Assembly: GCF_006345805.1 (NCBI RefSeq)
Contig: NC_042997.1
Location: 82,460,001 to 82,524,000, forward strand
Length of the DNA stretch: 64,000 nt
Direction: 5' to 3'
Origin: Octopus sinensis
Taxonomy: Eukaryota
Shown here: positions 26,807 through 38,719 of the stretch, piece after piece
Position numbering within the stretch: position 1 is the stretch's first letter
How the letters are laid out: every line of letters begins with the position of its first letter
Translations under genes and position numbers: made by a program
Notes under the pieces: model-generated
Told to the model about the DNA's origin: nothing
Database searches by the model: none
Seen by the model: the letters and a program-made list of their open reading frames with translations, nothing else

Positions 26807-26908
26807 TTCCTTACTGATGAATCTAAGGGCCTATGGTAGATTGGCTTGATTTAATTAATCAGGTTAATTTACCATTAAACAGTAGAAGAAACGGTGCTCG
26901 TCTAAGGA
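26807..26908 (+). ncRNA. Type I hammerhead ribozyme (array copy 4)
   Basis: TTCCTTA-CTGATGA...GAAAC-GGTGCTC-GTC-TAAGGA. Confidence 0.8.
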
Positions 26909-27290
26909 TTTCAGGGTAAATGTTTTTTAATTTTCTCCTGTTTACGGATTAATGTTATTTTGCGGTTGAAGCTTTTTGGCTGTTATTTCTAGTGGGTGAA
27001 TGGCCTATTATGGCCGTTCCTTGATTGTGATATGAACTTAAAAATGTTTATGACTATTTAATTTTTTCCCACTAGGCCGCTGGGGGCAAAAGAATTCTAC
27101 AAAATTTTTTTGCCTCCCTATATTGATTAATTATGAATTTTCTGGTTGGTTCCGTAATGGAATCGGTGGCTTATATTATTTTGCTGCCGATAAATTTGGC
27201 GCGAGTGCGACGATTTGAAAATTTTAGGTCAGATATTGGCGAGGCATGGACGAGAATGCCTCGTGAAAAATATCTGTTCCGATTTGGCTA

Positions 27291-27394
27291 TTCCTTACTG
27301 ATGAATCAAGGGCCTATGGTAGATTGGCTTGATTTAATTTAATCAGGTTAATTTACCATTAAACAGTATAAGAAACGGTGCATCGTCTAAGGAA
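27291..27394 (+). ncRNA. Type I hammerhead ribozyme (array copy 5)
   Basis: TTCCTTA-CTGATGA-[long stem II]-GAAAC-GGTGCATC-GTC-TAAGGAA, with a 7-bp stem I. Confidence 0.8.
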
Positions 27395-27540
27395 TTTCAG
27401 GGTAAATGTTTTTTAATTTTCTCCTGATTTACGGAATTAATGTTATTTTGCGGTTGAAGCTTTTTGGCTGTTATTTCTAGTGGGTGAATGGCCTATTATG
27501 GCCGTTCCTTGATTGTGATATATATATATATATATATATA

Positions 27541-28225
27541 TCATCATCATCATTTAATGTTCGCTTTCCATGCTAGCATGAGTTGGATGTGTGACTGAGG
27601 GCTGGCGAACCAGATGGCTGCACCAGGCTTCAATCTTGATCTGGCAGAGTTTCTACAGCTGGATGCCCTTCCTAACACCAACCACTCTGAGAGTGTAGTG
27701 GGTGCTTTTACATGCCACCGGCACAGAGGCCAGATAGCCACTCTTACAACGATCATGCTCAGATGGTGCTCTTAATACCCTACTAGCACAGGGCTCGAGT
27801 GCCAGTAGTGCGACGCTGGTAACAACCACGCTCAAATGGTGCCTTTTAAGTGCCACTAGCACGGAAGCCAGTTAGCTGCTCTGTCAGCGATCACACTCGT
27901 ATGGTGCTCTTTGCACGGACGCCAGTCATCGAATTTGATTTTGATTTTTGATTTTTGATTTCTGATTTCACTTGCCTCAACAGGTCTTTGCAAGCAGAGT
28001 TTTAGTGTCCACAGAAGGAAAGGTGCGCATAAGTGGGCTGGTAATGCCCCTGGCATAGGCCATGAAATTATGGTCTCATTTGGCTTGCCTGGTCTTCTCA
28101 CGCACAGCATATTTCCAAAAGTCTTGGTCCCTAGTCATTTCCTTAGTGAGGCCCAAAGTTCGAAGGTCGTGCTTCACAACTTCATCCCAGGTCTTCCTGG
28201 GTCTACCTCTTCCACAGGTTCCCTC
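27541..28225 (-). mobile_element. RTE LINE 3' fragment
   Basis: (CAT)n tail, UTR, and the GRGRPRKTWDEVVKHDL ORF end on the minus strand. Confidence 0.9.
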
Positions 28226-28465
28226 ATTACATTAAAATAGAAAATGACTCCCCTCACCTCTGCACACAAGGGAAATATTTAATAAATTAGTCCAGGCATA
28301 ATTGCAATCATACACACATATGCGTTTCACACATATATATACACATTCATATGTAAAGATGATAATTGCCAGTAACAATGACAATTTTTTATAACATTCT
28401 ATATAATTGTACATAACATATAAAACATTAAAATCTAGTTATGGAAAATAAAAACTAAGTTTTCA

Positions 28466-29010
28466 TCAATGACCATCTCCTACTTTCTCCATCAAATCGT
28501 CACATATTTTCGTGAGTTCTTTTATTTGATTTTTCTTTAATTCAAGCTCATTTTGTAGTTCAGCAATTTTCATATCTTTGTGTTTACCTGAAGCTTCAAG
28601 ACATGAGGTATCAATTGTCAATTTCTTCAAGGCTGCTACTTCCTTTTCAAGGTTAGCTTGAGTTTCTTGACTTTCTTTCTTCAGTGTGACAAGTGCCACT
28701 TTTCCTTCTTTTACTTTTGCTACCATATCCTTAACCCTTTAGTATTTAAACCGGCCATATCCGGCCAAAATATTTAATCTGTTTTATGTTCAAAATGACC
28801 AGATCCAGGCCCTCACACCTACCCTACAATGTGATTCTACATTAGGTAATTACACCATCAAGATCTTGAAGATATGAGATAATGCATGATTAATTCAAAT
28901 CAATGTGAATCAATAAGCATTATGTTTGATAGAATAATCAGAACACTAAAGGGTTAACATGGTTCTTTAACATTTCTTCATTCTTTTTCAAGCTTTCTAT
29001 TATTGTCTGT
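28466..29010 (-). pseudogene. TACC: TACC-domain (transforming acidic coiled-coil) C-terminus, intronless, interrupted by a MITE
   Basis: With the MITE removed the frame reads QTIIESLKKNEEMLKNHVKDMVAKVKE...LEASGKHKDMKIAELQNELELKKNQIKELTKICDDLMEKVG*. This matches the TACC motifs KNEE.LK and ELT.ICD.L..K. Confidence 0.8.
28735..28953. mobile_element. piggyBac-like MITE with TTAA target duplication
   Basis: TTAA|CCCTTTAGT ... ACTAAAGGG|TTAA. Removal restores the TACC reading frame. Confidence 0.85.
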
Positions 29011-29017
29011 GATTATA

Positions 29018-29070
<53 letters not shown>

Positions 29071-29072
<2 letters not shown>

Positions 29073-29513
29073 TTCAGCAAAATTTAGATTCAGATGAATA
29101 TGGTACGTAAGTCAAAGGCACCAGAATTTTGTATGGTATTATCCATATAAATTAAATGGGGTGATTATAATCAAAATAAGCAACAAGTATATCTGAGGTA
29201 GAGTAGTACAATTGTTTCATGTTACTTCATTTTATTAAACACTGTAAGTATTACATCAGTTTTAAAATGTCAAGCAATCTTCAGCCACTTATAGAATTTT
29301 CCAATCAAACGGACAATGCACATTCTTATCTCTATTTCATTTGCCAACATTATAAAGAGGGTAGATATATAGACAGAGAGGTTGATTTCATTCCTAAGAA
29401 CATGATAAGCAGTATATTCACTCTTTGACTGTAGATTTTAGCTAGACTAAATAGAAAAAAAATCAAGTTAGCTAGAAATGGAATAAATAGTAACAACAAT
29501 AATAATGATAATA

Positions 29514-29554
<41 letters not shown>

Positions 29555-31531
29555 TGTTATTATTATTATTATAGCATTAATATTAACAATAATAATGATA
29601 ATATCAATGATATAAATGATAAAAATAAAGATGTGGAATGTGAGGAAATTGGGAAAAGATTAATAACAAACAACCCTAACTTACATAACAATATAATTAT
29701 AGATAAGGGAAATAACACTAATGCTAATAATAGCTCTAGTAATGAAAATGAAAACAGCTTTTCCTAAATAATACTTGTTCCTAAATAATACTAATACCAG
29801 GAATCATCCCCCCAGCTGTAATTGTAGAATTAGATCAAAATGTCCAGTATCTGGTCACTGTCTGGTTCAAAATGTAATTTATAAATGTACAATAATGACA
29901 ATAATAGCTATCTTTATTTCGGATGTTCGGTAGACCTAAAAAAACGTTTGAACAACCATTTTTCTTCTTTTGGACTTAAACATAAGGCGGATTGCACAAC
30001 GCTGTCCAGTAAAATTTGGGAACTGAAAGAAAATAATATCGAATTTAACCTAAAATGGGATATAATAAAAATAGTAGAGATGGATGCGAACATTGTTTTG
30101 TAGAGACATACGAAATTTTAAAGCCTAGGAATAATACAAACTTATTGAATAACCATTCCAAACTAGGAGTATCTTGTATACATTGTGCTACCCGTACATT
30201 CAAGTATTTTAAATAATAACATTCTGACCATACCTAAATTTTCAAATCCTAATATTTTGTAACCAAATAAAAAATTAATATACCATATTAGCTTTTATTT
30301 AACCTGCATAGATTACTAAGAAATTCCATTATATATATAAATCTAAATATAATGAAATTAGAATTTTTTTTATACTCTCCTATATAGGATGAAAAAAATT
30401 CTATATATCTAGGGAAATTACTTGGTTCATCTTGATTACCTCCTTTCCATTACTTTTTAATATATCTTATAGACTCCTGATATATTTACTAAATTGATGA
30501 AGTTTTTCTCCACAGTTAGTAAATATTATGTCTAACATATTCTTTTAATTCGACTCATTAATAAAAAAAATCACCATTTACCAGCTAATTATGATTCTAT
30601 ATTAATAGAAATGGAGATATATAAATATGAAATAATTGCAAAAAATTCTATATATTTAGAGAAATTACTTGGTTCATCTTGATTACCTCCCTTCCATTAC
30701 TTTTTAATATATCTTTATTGACTCCTGATATATGTGCTAAATTAATAAAGTTTTTTTTCCACAGTTAGTAAATATTATGTATAACATTTTCTTTTAATTC
30801 AACTCATTAAAAAATCACCATTTACTGGCTAATTATGATTATATATTAATAGAAATGGATATATATATATATTTATATAAATATGAAATGATTTCTATAT
30901 TTTCTATCCCTATATAAGATACTAATATTTATTGAAATCCTTTAGAAAATTATCTAAAGAACATTTACTTAAATTTCTTAATATGGAATCTGGATGTTAA
31001 ATGGTAAGGGATATTAAAACCTCTAGAGCACTAGTAGTCTATGTTCCCCTACCCCTCTAACTTCAACCTACTAGCTTTTTGCTATAATACATTCAAATGT
31101 ATCTAAACTGAATTCCTGGAAATTGGAATAGGTTTATGGTTTTGACATTTGTACTACCCCTTCCTATATCTATAAATAGAAAAAAATTCTTTGTCTCCAT
31201 TCAACCAAAAATAAAATCACCCTCCCCACTGACAGATCTAAATAACAAAGTGAGCTCAATGATAAAATCTAAAGTCAGAGAGTGAATATACTGCTATCAT
31301 ATTCTTAGGAATGAAATCAACCTCTCTGTCTATATATCTACCCTCTTTATAATGTTGGCAAATGAAATAGAGATAAGAATGTGCATTGTCCATTTGATTG
31401 GAAAATTCTATAAGTGGCTGAAGATTGCTTGACATTTTAAAACTGATGTAATACTTACAGTGTTTAATAAAATGAAGTAGCATGAAACAATTGTACTACT
31501 CTACCTCCGATATACTTGTTGCTTATTTTGA
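29071..31531 (+). mobile_element. Penelope-like element fragment with inverted terminal copy
   Basis: GIY-YIG remnant CNCRIRSKCP..G.CL.QNVIYK..YFG...KKRLNNH..SF...TTLSSKIWELK at 29815-30200. 29172-29428 is the reverse complement of 31275-31531. Internal ~250-bp tandem duplication at ~30390/30640. (TA)n flanks. Confidence 0.85.
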
Positions 31532-31582
31532 TATATATATATATATATATATATCACTTAGAGATTTATTATTGCTTATACG

Positions 31583-31624
<42 letters not shown>

Positions 31625-31968
31625 GAGACAGACAGATAGATAGATATGTATATACACATGCATATACAGATGCACAGAGATACCAACATACGTACGTAGG
31701 TACCTACAAACAGACATACATATAAACTTGTTACCAGTAGAAATATGTTTCAGACATGTTCACTGCATTTTCTCATAGAGAAAATATTCTGACCATAGAC
31801 ACAAAAAAGGTGTAAACACAACAGGAGAAGTAGTCTGGTGGCAGGGACAATGCCAACTGCTTTACATACTGTTCAAAGGCATTTTATTCAGAGAAACAAG
31901 ATGATTTCTGAACAGAACAGTCAACATTGACCTATGACAGACAGCTGATGACATATATATATATATAT

Positions 31969-32542
31969 ATCATCATCATCATCATCATCATCATCGTTTA
32001 ACGTCCGCTTTCCATGCTAGCATGGGTTGGACGGTTCAACTGGGGTCTGGCAAGCCCGAAGGCTGCACCAGGCCAGTCAGATCTGGCAGTGTTTCTACAG
32101 CTGGATGCCCTTCCTAACGCCAACACCACCCGAGAGTGTAGTGGGTGATTTTATGTGCCACCGACACAGGTGCCAGACGAGGCTGCAGACGGCCACGCTC
32201 GGATGGTGTTTTTTATGTGCCACCGACACAGGTGCCAGACGAGGCTGGCAGACGGCCACGCTCGGATGGTGTTTTCTTATGTGTCACCGACACAGGTGCC
32301 AGACGAGGCTGGCGAACGGCCACACTCGGATGGTGTTTGTTACGTGCCCTCAGCACGGAGGCCAGTCGATGCGGTACTGGCTACGGTCACGTTCGGATGG
32401 TTTTCTTATGTCCCACCGGCACTGGTACCACAAGGATGCAAATTCAATTGATGTTCATCTATTTTGATTTGGTTTGATTTGATTTGATTTGATTTGATTT
32501 GATTTTCACTTGCCTCAACAGGTCTTCACAAGTGTCACAAGA
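31969..32542 (-). mobile_element. RTE LINE 3'UTR with ~61-bp tandem repeats
   Basis: (CAT)n tail and three GTGCCACCGACACAGGTGCCAGACGAGGCTG units. Confidence 0.9.
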
Positions 32543-32569
<27 letters not shown>

Positions 32570-32575
<6 letters not shown>

Positions 32576-33397
32576 ATATAAACGGTAGTTTGTCTGTCTG
32601 TGTGTCTGTGTCTGTCAGGTGTCAGTTGTACCCTCACCCTGACCACGGCTTTCAACGATTCTGATTGAAACTTGACACACACATAGCCCAATGTCATAAT
32701 TCAAAAGTAACGCAGCGAAAATTTTGAAAAGTTCCCCCAGTTCTGAGAAAAATTGATAAATTCGACATGGGGTCGAGAACCTAAGCTTCTTATATGCAAC
32801 ACATTTTCTGTTGTAGTTTTCGCAACTTGCAATCGATTTTCACCAAACTCATGGTGAAGCTTAATGTTACCCTATGAAACTTAATTCTGACGTTAGTTTT
32901 CCATGCAATACCTTACCATCGATAAAATCATGCCATTTTCGGAAATCACGTTCAAATTCAAGATGACATATTTTCGACAATATCTTTAACAAATTGGCAG
33001 GAATTTTTTTTTAATTCACAGCGAGCATCGTGTCTGCTCCAAGGAGCTATATGGCCCCTTTTATTCCAATAGGATACTTTATTACTGGAAAAAATCGGTT
33101 AATTAAATCATATGTGGCACACATAGCAAACTGATTTGTGTATTAAACACAAACCACAGACTGTCTAGGGGGTGCAACTCGACCTTTTAACTCTCTTGGG
33201 AGGCGCAATGATGTTTTCATGTTTTCGCCCAAAGGGACAGCTAGGAACATCGTATACACAGAAGTATTCGAACGAAGAGAAGACATTGCAACCTACACAT
33301 GCGCCTTCGTTCCCTAGGGGAAAAGGACTAGATTGGGATTAGTCGTTGCCCACTAGGGGCTCTTACATACCCAGGCAACGCCGGGCTATGCTGCTAG
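32570..33397 (+). mobile_element. Non-autonomous Helitron (copy of 19190-20029)
   Basis: Colinear, near-identical sequence with the hairpin plus CTAG|T 3' end. Confidence 0.85.
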
Positions 33398-33436
<39 letters not shown>

Positions 33437-33437
<1 letters not shown>

Positions 33438-33943
33438 GTGAAAATCAAAACAAATCAAAATAGATGAACATCAATGGAATTTGTATCTTTGTGGTACCAG
33501 TGCCGGTGGCACGTGGCACACAAGAGAACCATCCGAACGTGGCCGTAGCCAGTACCGCATCGACTGGCCTCCGTGCTGTGGGCACGTAACAAGCACCATC
33601 CGATCGTGGCCGTTTGCCAGCCTCATCTGGCACCTGTGTCGTGGCACATAAAAAACACCATCCGAGCGTGGCCGTCTGCCAGCCTCGTCTGGCACCTGTG
33701 TCGGTGGCACATAAAAAACACCATCCGAGCGTGGCCGTTTGCCAGCCTCGTCTGGCACCTGTGTCGGTGGCACATAAAACACCCACTACACTCTCGGAGT
33801 GGTTGGCGTTAGGAAGGGCATCCAGCTGTAGAAACACTGCCAGATCTGACTGGACTGGTGCAGCTTTCGGGCTCCCCAGACCCCAGTTGAACCGTCCAAC
33901 CCATGCTAGCATGGAAAGCGGACGTTAATGATGATGATGATGA
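33437..33943 (+). mobile_element. RTE LINE 3'UTR
   Basis: Same subfamily as 31969-32542 in opposite orientation, with a (GAT)n tail. Confidence 0.9.
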
Positions 33944-33995
33944 TATATATATATATAGTATATATATATTATATATATATATATAATATATGTAT

Positions 33996-34037
<42 letters not shown>

Positions 34038-34073
34038 ATATATATATTAATATATGTATTATATATATATTAT

Positions 34074-34104
<31 letters not shown>

Positions 34105-34168
34105 TATAATATATATATATATGTATAATATAATATATATATTATATATATATATATATATATATTAT

Positions 34169-34206
<38 letters not shown>

Positions 34207-34289
34207 CATCATCATCATCACATCTCGTTTAAAACGTCGGTTTTTCCGATATATATATATATATATATGTATATATAATATATATATAG

Positions 34290-34327
<38 letters not shown>

Positions 34328-34334
34328 ATATATA

Positions 34335-34369
<35 letters not shown>

Positions 34370-34418
34370 TATCATCATCATCATCAATCGTTTAACGTCC
34401 GTTTTCCGATATATATTA

Positions 34419-34468
<50 letters not shown>

Positions 34469-34474
34469 TATATA

Positions 34475-34507
<33 letters not shown>

Positions 34508-34787
34508 GTAATAGTGATAATAGATATATATATATATAGTGATATATATATATATAATATTGTATATATATATATTAATATATAATATGTATATATATAT
34601 TATATATATATATGTATATATATATAATATTATATATATATATATATATATATTATATATTATATATAGTGTATATATATATATATATATGTAGATATAT
34701 ATATATATGTATATATATATATTATATATATATATGTATATATTATATATATATCTATATATATAATGTATATATATATATAATATC

Positions 34788-34828
<41 letters not shown>

Positions 34829-34830
34829 TG

Positions 34831-34862
<32 letters not shown>

Positions 34863-35179
34863 AGATGTATATATATAATATATATATATATGATTAGGTA
34901 TATATAATATATATATGTATAATAGTAGTATATATATATAGATAATATAGTATATATATTATATATAATATCTATATATATATATATATATATGTATATA
35001 TAATATATATATATTATATGTATATAGATATATATATATATAGATATGTATATATATATATATATATATAATATATAGATATATGTATATAATATCTATA
35101 TATCTATATGTATATATATATATATTATATATTATATATATATATATAATATATATGTATATATCTATTATATATATTG

Positions 35180-35213
<34 letters not shown>

Positions 35214-35216
35214 ATG

Positions 35217-35253
<37 letters not shown>

Positions 35254-35270
35254 GTATATTATATATTATG

Positions 35271-35304
<34 letters not shown>

Positions 35305-35336
35305 GTAATATATATATATATATATATATATATAGG

Positions 35337-35375
<39 letters not shown>

Positions 35376-35440
35376 TATATATGTATGTATATTTTATATA
35401 TGTATATATATATATAATTATTATATATTATATGTATATC

Positions 35441-35473
<33 letters not shown>

Positions 35474-35647
35474 TATATATATATATATTATTATATATAT
35501 ATATAGTATATAGGTATATATATATATATATTATATATAATTATATATATATATATATATAATATATAATATGTATAACTATATATATGATATATATATG
35601 TATATATGTATATATATGTATATATATGTATATATATATATGTATAT

Positions 35648-35685
<38 letters not shown>

Positions 35686-36025
35686 TATATATATATATAT
35701 ATATTATATATGTATACTCGCAGCAAGTATAGATGGGCTGGACATGTCGCCCGGCTTACCGATAATCGGTGGATGCATGCAGTTGCTGAGTGGTACCCGC
35801 GCGTGAGCGGAAAAGACCACCCGGAAGACCTCCACGACGTTAGAGTGACGATTTGAAGAGGACGATTGGGATCACGTGGATGAGAAATGCGCGATCCAGA
35901 GAGGAGTGGACAGCATGCTGTGACCAGCGGTGTCAAATGGACGCCTGACGGACTGTCGGGTCAAAGTGATCTATATATATATGTATATATATATGTATAT
36001 ATATATGTATATATATATATGTATG

Positions 36026-36058
<33 letters not shown>

Positions 36059-36113
36059 ATATATATATCTATATATATAAATATATATATATATTATATA
36101 TATACACATATAT

Positions 36114-36148
<35 letters not shown>

Positions 36149-36220
36149 CATATATATATAATATATATATATAACACATACACGCCACACATACATCATA
36201 CATACATACACACTTTTTTA
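33944..36220. repeat. Very long degenerate (TA)n tract, probably poorly resolved in the assembly
   Basis: More than 2 kb of TA with scattered garbled CATCATCGTTTAACGTCC remnants. Confidence 0.9.
35718..35971 (+). mobile_element. 3' fragment of a second RTE family
   Basis: KYRWAGHVARLTDNRW...EW.PR...GRPPRR.SDDL...W...ARSREEW, the RTE C-terminal signature. Confidence 0.75.
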
Positions 36221-36522
36221 TATACATCTGTATTGATTTTCTCATTGGTAATGCCTTTCCCTATATATATGTACAAATGTAATTTTTTTCCCAAATAAAT
36301 TGAACTTCTATTCAGGACTCCAATGAAGCTATAAGTTGTTATTCAACACTCAGTTATGAGTCCACTACATCTTATTGTAGAAACAGCAGTAAGCTAATGA
36401 AGTTGAATCGTTTCTCCTTTGTCATCTCACTTCCTTTACTGCTCTATGCTCATCTAACACCTTTCTTCTGAAATATATATATTTGAGGTCAATGCCAGGA
36501 TATTAGTCTAGCAATTCCTGAG

Positions 36523-36562
<40 letters not shown>

Positions 36563-37151
36563 ATATATATTACATACATACATACATACATACACACACA
36601 CACATACACATGTCTATGTATGTACATTGAAAAATTAGTGTTTTTATAAAAAAAGGATTATTAAACACAATAAAAGTGTAGAGATTCACATTCATTAAAA
36701 TTTTAATGACAATGACTTCAAAGTTTAGCAAAATGCATGGCAAGCTCAAATATTTGGTTAAACTTGGAAGTCACTATCGATAAAATTATAACATACACAC
36801 ACACAGAGGCATAGTTGAGAAGACTACTTCCCAACCATGAATTTTAAGGTTCAATCGAACCATATGTGGGACTTTGCACAAATATCTTCCACTATAACTT
36901 CAGGCCAATCCTTGCGCACAGATTTGGTAGACAGACATTGAAAGTAACGTGTGTGTGCGCGCACGCGCGTGTGTGCGCGCACGCGCGTGTAGTGCGCGCA
37001 CGCGCGTGTGTGCATGCGGTACTTATAAATGCCTGTTGCTATCATACATGTCGTGTTCATTTTCAATCTTCCCTGAAAATATGTCCACCCATTGGTTAAA
37101 TGTATCCTGCTTGCAAATAGATGAGAGTTGGTGACAGGAAGGGCATATATA

Positions 37152-38711
37152 CACTTGCGGCCAAAATGTTCAGAACGACATTGTTTTCGTCAGAAAAGTA
37201 GGTATAAGTTTTTATCAAAGTTGTTTTATTTTCTATAATTTTCACAGACAATAAATACGATATTATTTGTTATTGTCTAAGATTTTGGTGTAATTTGAGA
37301 GGATAATACAAAAGTTATGGATGATTTAGTGATTTACTGCAAAATCCATGGCGGCCAAAATGATCAGAACGGTTGCTTTTACTCTGTGTTTTAGTATATT
37401 TAACCAGCGAACTCTAATATTTTGAATTTGTTTACCTGACGGTTCGTTTACTAAACATTAGTAAGAATATCTGCAGTGTATTTTGTTAATATAATGCCAC
37501 TTACTCCGGTACCAATTCGTCAGCAGATTATTAAGCTTTGAAAGAAACTTTAAGTATTGGGTCTATTGCAAAGATTGTTAACAAGTCAAAAAGTGTTGTT
37601 CATGGTATTCTTAAGGTCTATGATGATTGTGGTTCGTGTGAAGCAAGAAAGTCTACAGGTAGGCCAAGAAAAATGACCAAGAGAGAAGATCGTGCTATGG
37701 TAAAGTTGGTTAAAAAGGACAGATTTAAAACTGCTGCTGCTGTTTCTCGGGAAATGAGCATTGTACTGAAGAAAACTTTATCTCGAAAAACTGTGTTTCG
37801 TCGTTTAGTTGAACATGACCTACAAGCAAGAGCACCTGCAGTGAAGCCACTGATCAGCTCCAAGAATAAAAAGTGTCGTCTTACCTTTGCAACCGAACAT
37901 GTGTTGTGGTCTCGAGAAAAATGGCAAACGGTGCATTTCCATGATGAATCTAAGTTTATGTTATTTGGTTCAGATGGGAAAAGTAGGTGAAAAATTGTCG
38001 CCTAAATGCCTTAAGACTAGTGTTAAATTCAGTGGAGGAAGTGTCATGGTTTGGGGGATGATATCTGGAGATGGTGTGGGCCCTTTGGTGCGATTACATG
38101 GAAAGGTAAATGCAGGAGTTTATAAACAACTTGTAAAAGATCATGTCTTGCCTGTGCTGAGAAATTCAACTAAGCGACCACCCATATTCATGCAGGACAA
38201 TGCTCCATGTCACAAGGCTAAGGTGGTCATGAACTTCCTCAAGGCTGAAAAGGTTATTGTTATGGATTGGCCTGCTCAAAGCCCAGATCTTAATCCTATT
38301 GAAAATGTGTGGAATATTCTAAACCGAGCAATTATGGAATGCCCTTCAGGAAGAATAGAATAAGATCACCCAGCAAGAAATTGAAAATTTAATTTCCTCA
38401 TGCAGTCAAAGATGCCAAAGTGTGATTGAAGCTAAAGGGCTTCACACTAAATATTAAATAATTCCAGTATTCTCTGTCGTTTTTGAGTATTTTGTTATTT
38501 TTTCAACCATTCTGATCATTTTGGCCGCCATGGGTTTTGCAGTAAATCACTAAATCATCCATAACGTTTGTATTATCCTCTCAAATTACACCAAAATCTC
38601 AGACAATAATAATTAATATCGTATTTATTGTCTGATAAACAACTTTGATAAAAACTTATACCTACTTTTCTGACGAAAACAATGCCGTTCTGAACATTTT
38701 GGCCACAACTG
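37152..38711 (+). mobile_element. Tc1 DNA transposon (DD34E) with long IR/DR-type TIRs and a disrupted transposase
   Basis: TA|CACTTGCGGCCAAAATGTTCAGAAC...GTTCTGAACATTTTGGCCACAACTG|TA with ~220-bp TIRs. GCGGCCAAAATG(T/A)TCAGAAC is repeated at both ends of each TIR. Confidence 0.95.
37494..38457 (+). pseudogene. Tc1 transposase (frameshifted)
   Basis: GRPRK, FHDESKF, VMVWG and QDNAPCH-x-SPDLNPIEN motifs, with 34 residues between D and E, split over several frames. Confidence 0.9.
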
Positions 38712-38719
38712 TATATATA

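Larger units (their letters stand above)
24749..27521. mobile_element. ~487-bp-unit tandem array with one HHR per unit, folded into a large palindrome (retrozyme-like)
   Basis: Unit starts at 24749, 25236, 25721 and 26206. The inversion centre is at 26424-26430, followed by ~2.2 inverted units to 27521. (TA)n lies on both sides. Confidence 0.85.

Noticed and set aside
24749-27521. CRISPR array or ambisense (viroid-like) second ribozyme
   Set aside because: Units are full-length repeats without unique spacers and the DNA is eukaryotic. I found no hammerhead core on the opposite strand, though other ribozyme classes were not excluded by eye.
31443-31497. HHR-like CTGATGT...GAAACAATTGTA in the PLE terminal repeat (also ~29205-29260, minus)
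   Set aside because: The core lacks the conserved A9 and no stem I can form. At best a decayed or atypical motif.
33944-36298. Many Y/I-rich ORFs here and across the window
   Set aside because: They are translations of (TA)n/(CA)n microsatellites.
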